DNA of 64,000 nt, taken from assembly GCA_964234715.1 (NCBI GenBank), contig OZ174280.1; one strand, 5' to 3'. The notes below the pieces were generated by a model. That model worked only from the letters and a program-made list of their open reading frames with translations, did no database searches and was not told the DNA's origin. Below are positions 24,201 to 36,100 of the stretch, piece by piece. Numbering within the stretch: position 1 is the stretch's first letter; each line of letters begins with the position of its first letter. Source of the stretch: Podarcis melisellensis. Lineage: Eukaryota. The translations under genes were made by a program, and so were the position numbers.

Positions 24201-27200
24201 GACTGAGAATGGTATGTGAAATCATTGGAGGGAAAACATGATAGCAGAGTAAAGTAACATTGGACGGAAATAGAAATAGAAGTGGCCTCACGTGGTTTGT
24301 TATTCCATGCAGTGTTCATGCCGAAAGGACATGGTCAAAATCTCCATGGATGTCTTTGTGAGAAAATACCAGCCAGAACGCTACAAGCTTTGGAAAGCAG
24401 GGAAAGATGCAACTGTCATTGACCACACACTTCCAACTCCAGAGGCAGCTGAGTTCCTTAAAGGAGAGCTCCTCCAGAAAGTTAAGAAGGAGAAGCAATG
24501 TCCTGAGGAAAGTGAACCTGAAGAAGGATGCAAAGCAGAGGAAGATGCGGAGAAGAAGAGGTATGTTTGTCTTTTATACCGTACACAGAAATTGTGAAGT
24601 GGCCAATTCAGGAGCTGGATATTACCTTCCTTTCCTATGAACAAATTTGATCAAAAGTGATGATCAACCTACTTAAGGACATGGCCATCAGCAAATTCTT
24701 GGTTTGATGTTTTTCTGGCTCACAGAGAGGTGATGAATATTTAGATGAACGCAGGAAATAAAAAGCATATAGCCGAGAAGCTGCTTAGTCCTATTTGATC
24801 AGCATTTTCTTTAAATATATTTTCAATGTAGGCTTCTGAGAGAGCATTTTACAGAAAAAGCTGAACTGATTTAATATATTGCAAATATCTGACTAGATTA
24901 CCCTGCCTTTTCACCTTAAGTCTGTATCCGTGATGGATACATTACATTGAAGATGGCTACTCCATGGCTACATAATAGTCAAGTCTCTCAGGACCTTTAT
25001 GTAAAACAGGGATCTTTTAAAGCTGAGGAGGAAATGCTGTAAAATTTATTCCAAGCATTGATGTCAATGAATGTCCATTTACTCTGCGGCAGAGTGTGGT
25101 ATGGTTTCTATCACCTTTCTCCGTTGTTGTCTCCATCATGATACATGCATTTATTTATTTTTGCAGGAAGTCCATTAGTCAACTAGTCCTGAGAGATAGC
25201 AACTTGCTGTGCTGGCTTCAGTTGTGCTTAACTTGTAAGACTTATTTTTGCAGCATGCCCAAGCATCGCATTGGAACCAAACGGCACCGTGTCTGCTTAG
25301 AAGTTCCTCATGAGGTGAGCCAAAGTGAGGCCTTTCCTAAAGAAGAGCTGGGTTCAGTGCAGTTTGACATGGAAGTGGCAGAACCGCCCGTTGGACCTGC
25401 TAGAGAGCCTGTGCAACAAGGGGACCAAGGGCTTGCACCCCCAGGTAACTGCTTCAAGGTCTTGCTCCATTGCACTGCTCCATCAGTGTGTACCATGTTG
25501 CTGCGGTTTTATTCATACTGTCACTCTGGTGCCATGTACCAGGTGCAACACACATTAGATTGAAAAGGGCTACTGTTTCTGCATTACATGCAGAAATCTA
25601 GGCAGTAAATTAGCACGGCCTTTAAATCTAACTACAAAATACATGCTCAAAGAAGCTGGGGCAATCACAGAGAAAGTAGATGGGTTCTTTGCAGTAATGT
25701 TCACCTTAAGTTATTCAGAGTCATTTGACAAAAGAAGTCCAATACTACCGTGTCATTAAAAGCTTTTAGAACAAATTAATAAAGTGAATAGCGGTTAGCC
25801 CCCATATCAAGTGGTGTTCATCTGAAAGTTGAAAAGGAACTGATACAGAATTACCAAAGGGTTCATTGTGGTAACAATAAATTGCCTATCGTTAAAATCC
25901 TTAGAAGGTAGCTAATATGTAGTGTTTTAAAAGATTTGAAATAGATTGGGGATGTGCGCTGGGACATGCAAGTAGGGATAATATGTGTCCCCTCCCTCTT
26001 CCCTTAATGTTGAGTTTTAACATTATGCAGGTAGAGAATTCAAAATGGACAATAATTTTTTTTGAAAAAAATGCTTATGAAATGTGCAAGCATGCATGCT
26101 GAGAAATGGTGGGGTGGTGATGACACTGAGCTAGAATGTTTTCTTGCTGTTTGAAGTCATGGAATAAAAAGGTTGCTGGGGCACTGCTGACATAGCCAGA
26201 CTTAGCTACCTGATGGATCACCTCTGGAAGCCTCACTTGGAATTTGTCTCATTTGGCAGTTACTAATGAGTGCTTTAAACATTGTTTTGGTCCAGAATAT
26301 GCAGATTCCTCGGAAGTAAAATTTGAAGAACTGAAAAATGTCAAACTAGAAGAGGAAGAGCCAGATGCAGCTGTTTTGGATCTTTCCATCTCTCATTCTG
26401 TGACTTCAGCCTTGACCCAGTCAGCCATGAAGCAAAGTTCAGCCTCCAGCTCTCAGTCTGGCTCTTCAATGTGTTCAAGTTCTTCAGATTCTGAATCTCC
26501 TGACTTCCCCAGGCAGGCTCTTGAGCAAGCTGAAGTTCTCACAGTGCACAGTTATGCCAAAGAAGAAGTCGGTGGCATGGACAGTGAGCAGCCCTCTGGA
26601 AAAAAAGCCAGTGCTACTACCCATGTGAATGAACAGGAACTTGCAAAAGTAATTCGAAGATTAGTATTGGGATTGCATTACAAGAGCAGTCTTGCTGTAG
26701 CATATGCTGCAAGCAGACTAATGATCAGTGATATCTAAATTGTATGAATTGTGTAATAGATCAGGCTTGACCTTAAGACTGGTCTTTTATGTAATGTGCT
26801 GTCAGCTTGATCCTTGTAGTGTTTTCCAATACAAGCATAAGCTAGATATTAAATAGGTGTGCATTTGTGCTAGGACTGTGTTTTCTGCTTTGGGCACCAA
26901 GTAACTCTAGATGTCCAAAAGCTATATATTTGCACCTCTGGTTTTTAAGACATGAGTACTTTCTCCGAGTGAAAGTCTTGTATGTCTTGGAACGTAAGCC
27001 ACAAAACTTTTCTCTCTCTTCTTCCTGACTTCAGTTCTGATAATTCTCTCCCCCCCCCCCCAATATGTTTATGTTGTGCTGCATCTGTTGTCTGTGAAGA
27101 GATGCCCACTGACCTACCTCTGTCTTTTCCAGATGGCGAAGGAGTACATCAGATCAGTAAAAGACCGTAAAAAATCAAAAGGGCGTCGCCAGCCCCTGAG

Positions 27201-30073
27201 CAAACTACCACGTCATCACCCACTTCTGGTTAAAGATGGCTTCAGTGATGATGGTAAGTTCAGTGTTGTTTCCTTCCCGCAATAGAGGTCTGTTGTGGAT
27301 GCTAGTGAGGATTGGTGATTCCCAGATGTGTGCCCTTGTGCAATTCCTGGGCAGACACAGATTCCCAGATGTGTGCCCTTGTGCAATTCCTGGGCAGACA
27401 CAGGTGTGCGTATTGCTCACTTGTTTCCTACATGCATGTCACATTTGTGCAAAATGAACACATTTGAATGAATGAATTGGAAGGCAGGGACAAAGACAAA
27501 GGGGAATGCCTACTGGCATGGCTGGTGAAGCAAACTTTCAGCAGGACTGGGCAGTTGTACACTTTGGGGGACAGTGAGAACAGTGTCGTTTGGTAGTACT
27601 TGTGAAATGGTTCAAACCGTTAAGGAATTTTCCAACAATCTATAAGTCCCTTGACTCCCTTTGCAGCTCAGGTTTGTAAGCTTTGAAAGACCCCTGTGTA
27701 TCTTATTGCAGAGATGTCAGAGCAGCTGGCACCAGATGAAGAAACTGAGGAGATAGAAACATGGGCAAAGCCACTCAGCCAGCTATGGCAGAATCGCCCT
27801 CCAAACTTTGAGGCAGAAAAGGAGTACAACTCAGCCATGGCTCAGCAAGCCCCCTATTGTGCAGTCTGCATGCTGTTTCAAACCTACCAGGTAAGCAGAC
27901 CAAATCTTTTAGAGGTCTTTGTAGTGCACCAGCGCTGAGAGAAAATAGCCAAGGATATAATAAAAACTAGGTTGTGGGACATTGAACACCAGGAACTAAC
28001 AGCAGCAGCAGCAGAGAAAATATGTTCCCCTCTCTGGAGACCTAGAGATCTAATGTTAGACTGCTTTGCCTGTTTCATTTGACAAATGTTTTGTGTCACT
28101 GGAAAGGCAGGAATTCTGTACTGATTTGCTATGGATATTTGTATGTGATGCCAATAAGAGGTTTGATGATGATTCCATAGAGAGTTAATTGTGAAAATAC
28201 TGTGGGGTATGGGTCTCTTTAAATCGTGTTGGATTGTTTCCAACAGCTGCTAGAGCCTACCCTTATCAACACCTTCCATTTAGCTTCTCTGAGCCAAATC
28301 TATTAGAAACCTCTGTAGCAGTTTGATGTGACCCAGGAAGCATGGAATATGGAGCAAGATGATAAAACAGAATGGGTACTATAATGGGATTACAGTACAA
28401 GATAACTGGGGTCTAATTTAGCCTGTCCTCGATCTTGGCACATGATTACTTGCTTAATTTAAATTACTTGTTTAAATTGTTTAAATTATTTAAAATTATG
28501 CCCTCACATTTGTACCTTGGTCTGGCAGCAAGTTGGCTTACTGGGTTGTGTCTGGGGGTTTTGTCAGTAATATTTAGTGTTTCTCACTAGGGAATTCTAC
28601 TAAATTTACATCTGATTTGTCACTAACCTTGTCATTGGCTGTGTTACTTGTCTGTTCTTGTAGTTCTTGTGTTCAGACAGGACTGTACCTGATAGGTAGC
28701 GTACTGAATGAGTAGGTGGCCTTTGTTATTACCTACACTCTTAACTGCCTTGCCAAACTTGTGTCCTATTAAATGACTCTTTTTCCTCCTCTTACAGGCA
28801 GATTGTGGAGGCCAGAGCTCGCAGGCAGTTCCAGATGCTGATGGAAAGATGAGAACTAAGCCCCTAATTCCTGAGATGTGCTTTACTACCACTGGCTGCA
28901 GCACAGATGTCAGCCTCTCCACTCCGTACTTGGAGGAAGATGGCACCAGTCTTCTGGTCACTTGCAAACAGTGTCAAGTTCGAGTACATGCCAGTGAGTA
29001 CTAAATATCCTGGGTGTGGTCCTGTGCTATGATATTAAATGCTGTCCCTCCATTTTACTCTGTTTTAAAAAGGGAAAGATGGACCTGTGGTAACTCACTG
29101 CTCCTTTTTTTTAAAAAAAAAAAGCAGGGAAGGATGCAGAAAAATATTATTGAGCTGCCTTTTGGGAACTACCTTGATTTGTACAGAGAATAAAATGAAC
29201 AAGTGCATGAAATACCTTGCATTAGTGTGAATTAGCTAAGAAATGAACAGGAAATCTAATCTGTGCACTTAGTAGAACTAGAGCATGCCAAAGAAATTAT
29301 GCAGCAGATTAAAAAAAGTATACAGAAAGCATTTGCACTTCCACTTGAAAGTTTGTATAAGAGTTCATTAAAAAAAGACAGCAAATGATCAATAGGAATA
29401 TCAGCTGCTATTAGGATTGCCACAATAAATTGTCTACATAATGTTTTGGGTATTCTTAACACTTCCGGTCTCTAGCGATTTATAGTGAGAAAACTAAATC
29501 TGGTTAGTTGCACAGTTTTAATAATTTAGCCCCTCATTCCTAACAGTGACCAGAGTCAGGATCTGAACCCCCACCTACCCCTACTCCCGTGGCTGTTCTT
29601 AGGTGTTGAGTAAATCATGAAGAAATGTGGGTATTCCCATTTTGAAATAAAATATGAAAAGAGTGTAAGAGGCTCAATGCTATTGTTAGATATGTATTAC
29701 TATGATTTGAATGGGTGATGGAATGGTTAGTCTAAAGTCTGCTCATGTTCTGGTGTTGTCTGTTTCTTCTCCCTCTGGTCTGAATGCCATACTGTTGTGT
29801 TCGGGGACGCAACTGCCGTATTCAGCTATGCAGTGATTAATTCTATCAGTAAATAAAGTTACTGAAGCAGGAAGAGTAGAGTCTGAAAAACCTTGCCAGT
29901 TTAGTTATATGCTGCTTCTTCACCGTGAGCTGTGGCCAAAGCAATTTACAACATAAATCAATTTATCAAAATACAAAAAAGGAAGGGGGAGAAATCAGTT
30001 TACAAACCTACCAATAAATCCAAATATACACATATACACACACACACACACATATATATGTATATATATATAT

Positions 30074-30109
<36 letters not shown>

Positions 30110-33100
30110 TTATTAGAGAAAAAATACTTCTCCTGTTGAAGTTGTATGTTCATTTGTGTTAGGTTGTTATGGAGTAGCCCCTGCGAAAGCAACTGAGGAC
30201 TGGAAGTGCTCTAGATGCAAAGCTAATGCCTTAGAAGAGGTAAGAAAATCTTGAATGTCATACCTTTTGCTAAAAAACTTGTGTATACGTGTGGGCCTTG
30301 ACTCAATGCTACTGGGATAGCTTTTGGAATGCTATACATGAAAATGTTCTATTGAAATGTAAATAATATTGTGAGCTAGTTTTTGTTACAAAAATGCTTC
30401 ATGGAGTTGTCTCAAAGGAAATTGGAAGGTTGACTTATTGAAATATATAGGCAATGACTGTTTTAGGCGTGTGCAATTGATGCATGACTGTGCATGCATG
30501 TATCACGCTGTCCCCAAAAGTGGCTGGAAAAGGGAGTGGAACGGAGCAGGTTGTGCTTACATGCACTCCGCTGCTGCCCATGGGGGGTCAAGAACGTAAC
30601 CTCCACACAAAGCAGTAAGTCCCTGTATTTGTGTCTGTGTTTAATGGTAGCCCATCCATTGAATGCCTCATACTGGAACTGTTACAAAGTGCAAGATTCT
30701 TTGAGGTAGCTCTTTTGAAATTTCCCTAAAGCAGTATGTCAGGTTGCACATTGAGATTCCATGTTAAAATTAATATTTATGGTGCTCATTGAGAACCATT
30801 ATCTGGTCTGCTGGTTTAGAGAATTGGGTCCTGTTTAGTATGTGGCTTATAGGTACTTGAGCTGATAATGGAACTGGTCTGTAAGAGCCACTACCTAACA
30901 ATTTGGTTAGGATGCTGTATATAGGCTTAGCATCCAGCTGAATAAGGCAGAGTTCCTGCTTCACCTCCACCTTCAATTTTCATTGGTGTAGGAGGACATC
31001 CTCTTCATTTGTTCTAGAACTCAACCCCATTGAGTGCATTCTGCCCAGCATGAGGCATATGTTAAGCCCTTCATTTCTGCAGGTTTCTAGTAGAATTGGT
31101 TTGACTTTTCTTCCGCTTTAGTATGCTAGCTTGACAAATGTGGTTAATGCAATAAAAAGAGAGATAAGCTTGTAAAATCTGCAGGACTGAGCATTTTGTG
31201 TAGAGATAGGAAGGTTCTGTCACAAGGATGAAAGTGAGAATTTCTTCATTTCTTCTGTTTTGGTAACGTGGCTTTTTTCCTTACCTGTCAGGATTGCTGT
31301 TTGTGCTCACTTCGGGGAGGTGCACTTCAAAAAGCCAATGATAACAAGTGAGTACTTGGGTAACTGAATATGGAAGGGATGCAGGTGGTGCTGTGGCCTA
31401 AACCACTGAGCCTAGGGAAGGTTGGCGGTTTGAATCCCCACGACAGGATGAGCTTCCGTTGCTTGGTCCCAGCTCCTGCCAACCTAGCAGTTCGAAAGCA
31501 CCTCAGTGCAAGTAGATAAATAGGTACCACTGTGGCGGGAAGGTAAACAGCGTTTCCGTACACTGCTCTGGTTTCGCCAGAAGCGGCTTAGTCATGCTGG
31601 CCACATGACCCAGAAAAACTGTCTGTGGACCAATGCCGGCTCCCTTGGCCAGTAAAGTGAGATGAGCACCGCAACCCCAGAGTCGTTCGCGACTGGACCT
31701 AACTGTCAAGGATTCCTTTATCTTTACCTTTTACCTGGGTAACCGAATATGGAAGGTCTTTTTTCCTAAAATGTGTCAATAATTCACTTAATTTGAAGCA
31801 ACAGATCTGGGAATTATGAGTTCCTGTTTGGTGCAAAGTGGGTTGTGAGGAAGCACATTTGCTTACCTAACCTTTGTACAAGGCAGGGGTGGGTGTAGGT
31901 TTGTTGGTTTCAGATGCATCATCTCCTGCAGCCCATCTTTTATAAGCATGTGCTAACACTCCATCTTCTGATGTTGTTCAGGTGGGTTCATGTTATGTGC
32001 GCTGTGGCAGTTCTGGAGGCTAAGTTTGTGAACATCGCAGAACGCAGTCCAGTGGATGTCAGTAAAATACCACTGCAGCGCTTCCGGCTGGTAAGAAGGC
32101 AGATTGTTTTGTTCCTTTGAAGTGATCAATAATCCCAGCATATGCGTTTTGATTATTCTTCCATCAACATTCTTACAAAGGATGTAAAATAAGGTTGTTC
32201 AGACCAATAAGATAAGTGAATCTGGAGTGAGATTAGAAGCAGAAGCAATTGTACAGGTGTAAAGTAGAACACATAACCTGTACACTGTACCTTCTAAGCA
32301 CTTTGTATATGTTGTTCCAGTGATCTGTACAGCAGCCCTATAAGTTAATAATGTTGTATTATGTTGCAGATAGCAACTTAAAGCTGAAATTATAGCTTGC
32401 CTAATAGCTATAACTATTTGTTTTCTGCATTTACATCCTGCTCTTTTCCCATGAAACTACTAATTCCAAAGCCCTTCCCACCAACCTTTAGTCAAAAGTA
32501 TTCACCTTGCTCCTGCCTGCAAGAGCCTACTAGATACAAGAGATTAGAGGGCACTGAAATGCCAACAGCACTGGTCATACCAGTGTCAGGTTGAACACAC
32601 CAGTTGCATTATAATGAGAGAGCAGACTGCTTATGCTGCAGAGAAAGATGGGGAAAGTAAACTATCCCAAGGAAATGGGCCATTATTCTCCTGCATCCTA
32701 TGAATGGTGTGCGGTTAACAGCCCTTTTCATCAGCAAGCAGTGTTGCATTGCATTTTGTTGTAAATTACCTTGAGCATAGCAGGGGAAATTTACAAAGCA
32801 ATATGGCATAGACTACCTGCAGCTAACTAAACAGCATGAGTTCTCTATTATTATTCTTCACAGGGTTCTAGAATATCAGTGTTCATTTGTGGAAAGTGCA
32901 GTACTGTATTTACTTGATGGAGATCAGTAAGTGCATTGACATTTTAAAAATGAAACATAAAACACAAATCAGAACTGACAGACCTATTGAAAATAGGAAT
33001 TTATTACATTTGAACCCAAACCCTCTCATCTACTTCTCACTTGAAAGAATGCAGATGACTTCTTTTTTTAAGAGCATAGGAAAATTCAGAGAACAAATTG

Positions 33101-36100
33101 TGAAGGGGAAAAGATGTTCTTTTCTACTGAGATAGTAATTGTTATACCTCCTTTCTGTGAAAGGAGACCAGTAATTGATTAGGGAGAGGACCAGGGATAA
33201 GCATTCATTTCTCATTTTTGTAGTAAAGATGAATGAATAAGCTATTCACTGGCAGTTGGCTAAGGACACAGCAAGTAAAATCCAACTGTAGTTTTTTATG
33301 GAATACAAGTGTCCCTGCCTAGCTCAAGAGTCTGTCATCATCATTATCATTATTAAAAAATATATATTGATATTCATCAAATGATCTTCGGGCAGTTCAC
33401 AAGATAAAATACAAGATAAAAACACATGGAAACTTGAGCCAGATAGATGACATACTGTCAGGGCTTCAGGTCTCCTACACTTTCACAACTTTTGAGACTG
33501 GATAAGCAGAGGCAAAGATGGGGACAGCATTGATAACTTAGTCACACTTCTCCGTAAGAGATTTTACTGCTACCCTCTTGATATTACAGTAGCTCCCTCT
33601 CACTCGCTCAAAGTATGTCTCAAATTTAGTCTGCTGTTTTCAGGGTAGTGTGGTGATATGAACATAATTCATGACTTGTTTTTATTTATGCTTTGGAAAA
33701 GCCTTTGTGTTTTGTTCCCACCATGCCTTCATCTCAGTCTTTCATATTACTGTACTGTTAGAATGGGTATTATCAGTCCATTAACAGTTGCCCATTTATC
33801 TTATATTGTGAATAACCTGCTTCTGTTGTCAGGTATTTCATGTTTTTCAGCTGATGTTGTACAGCTAGGTTGGCACTCTTGTTTATGTACTAGTTCAAAG
33901 CCCTGTGCTCTAAATGAGGTGCTTGTTCTTTGTCATTTGGGTATTAGACTTTTGGGCATATCAGATATGACATGAGAGCAGCAGGGATATTGGAGGCACC
34001 ATTCTTGATAATTTCTCAGCAAATTATTACAGGGAAAGCCCTGTAAGAATTGTGAGGAGACTGCCAGGGAGGGACAACTAATTGATAAGCCAATAAAAAT
34101 GATTCATGAGGAGTTTAATGGTCCATCCATTTTTGTGACAAACCCTTGAACAAAAGTTGATGTATTACAAAGCTCACATACATAGGTAAGCATAAGATGC
34201 AAATGGTTGACATTTATTTGGAATTTGGAGATATCCACAACATTTGAAAAACTGTCTCAATATTTCTAAATCAGTCCTAGAAGTGTGCTTCTTTCAGTAC
34301 CTCAACTTTAAAAATGTAGCATCCAAGCCAGATTTGAAGCTGATATGGCTCACTGTCCTTTCTGGTTGTCATGTTCCTTGAATCTGTTGACCCTAAACTG
34401 CTTTGTTCACAGAAATGTGTTTTTTGCAAGAAGAGACGGAAGAGAACTGCTGGCTGTTGCGTGCAGTGCTCTCATGGCCGCTGTCCTACATCCTTCCATG
34501 TCAGCTGTGCTCAGGCAGCTGGAGTCATGATGCAACCGGATGATTGGCCTTTTGTGGTCTTCATTACTTGTTTCAGGCACAAGATTCCATCCCAGGCAGA
34601 GGTAAGGTCATGGAGGCTGTTAGATTTGGTTTAACTGTTAGTCGTTTGCATATCCATACAGGGATGGAAATAGTTAGGAATCTAAAGACATGCAGCACCA
34701 GCAAAACACATAGCGCTTGGGAGGGGAGAAACAGTGATCTCCTTTCTTCAATGGAGGAGCATATCATTTTAGGGCTCTGTGTTAATTGACAGCTTTGGGC
34801 AAGTTATCTTACCCTTCCTGGACATAAAATGCATTGGAAGTGCTTCGCTCCCTGATCAGTGGTCCATAAGCTTGGAGGTTTTATTTATCTTGACTATGGC
34901 TCTTCTTTTTTCTTCAGCGAGCCAAGGCTGCTCTTCAGGATCTTACCGTGGGGCAAGCAGTGATCAGCAAGCACAAGAACGGGCGTTTCTACCAATGTGA
35001 AGTGGTCAATCTGACCAAGGAAACCTTTTATGAGGTCAACTTTGACGATGGCTCCTTCAGTGACAACTTATACCCAGAAGACATTGTGGTATGCTATGTA
35101 ATGAAAGAGCCATTCCACTAGAGGGTGTATAGTTTAAGGAAATGCCTTCCTGAATGTTCATATTGCATCTCAGTTCACATTGCTGAAGTATTAGTGTTCA
35201 TTGAAGTGGGACAAATCTCTAAAGCACCTGAACAGGGCTCAGCGTATCACTTTGGGCTGTAGGATGTAGACTCTGAATGGAGCACTTAAAATGCCTGACT
35301 GCTTTATTACAAATATTTTCCATTTCCTCCTCCTTGGCATTTTTGTACCTTTAGCATTATTATTTTTAAAGGATGCCAGATAACACCAGCTGTGGTAGGA
35401 GCACATATCTGAAACACCAAGGATAAAGTGTTCTTTGTTTTTTATTGTTAAACCTTTACATGTATTATTGAGGAAAAAATAGGGTCATAGACAGGTATCT
35501 ACGGAGATGAATTAGCCACGACTGGTTCCATGCTGTAGAACAGCTGTGTAGTTGTAGCACCAGATTTGAAGTGTAAACAACTGCCTATTTAAGGCAGCAA
35601 TGCTCTATGTGTAACACAAGTTTCATTCATAACAGCAACTAAGAGCAGTAATTCCACTTAATGAAAGGTCTGATGCCTCCTCAACCCCCATTCATCCACT
35701 CAACTGGTAACTCTCTCCAGTGTGGGTTGGATAGTCGGCAATATTTATTCTTCCCATTTGTAAATAGATAATGTTTATCTTTTTCAAAAAATTATCCCAC
35801 ATGACAGAGTCAAGATTGTCTCCAAATGGGTCCTCCAGCTGGAGGTGAAGTTGTTCAAGTGAGATGGACAGACGGCCAAGTTTATGGAGCTACATTTGTG
35901 GCTTCGCATGTTATTCAGATGTACCAGGTAAGGACTGAGTGAGAAGGGATTATACCTCTATCTTCTGTCTCCCCTGTCTTTTTGTATGAGCCCCCCCCCC
36001 CCAATGGCTTACTAACTTGGAGGTCTACTACTTCTGCTCAATTCACAAACTTATTTATCAGTTGTACAAGTGGCAGATGGCATCTAGGCTGTAGCTCGGC

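Noticed and set aside
25096-26738. Long ORFs 25096-25563 and 26244-26738 as separate genes
   Set aside because: They are KDM4A exons with in-frame intronic flanks
35089-35807. Possible U12-type intron (GTATGC donor, weak pyrimidine tract)
   Set aside because: Donor does not match the U12 consensus GTATCCTT and no TCCTTAAC branch site is seen
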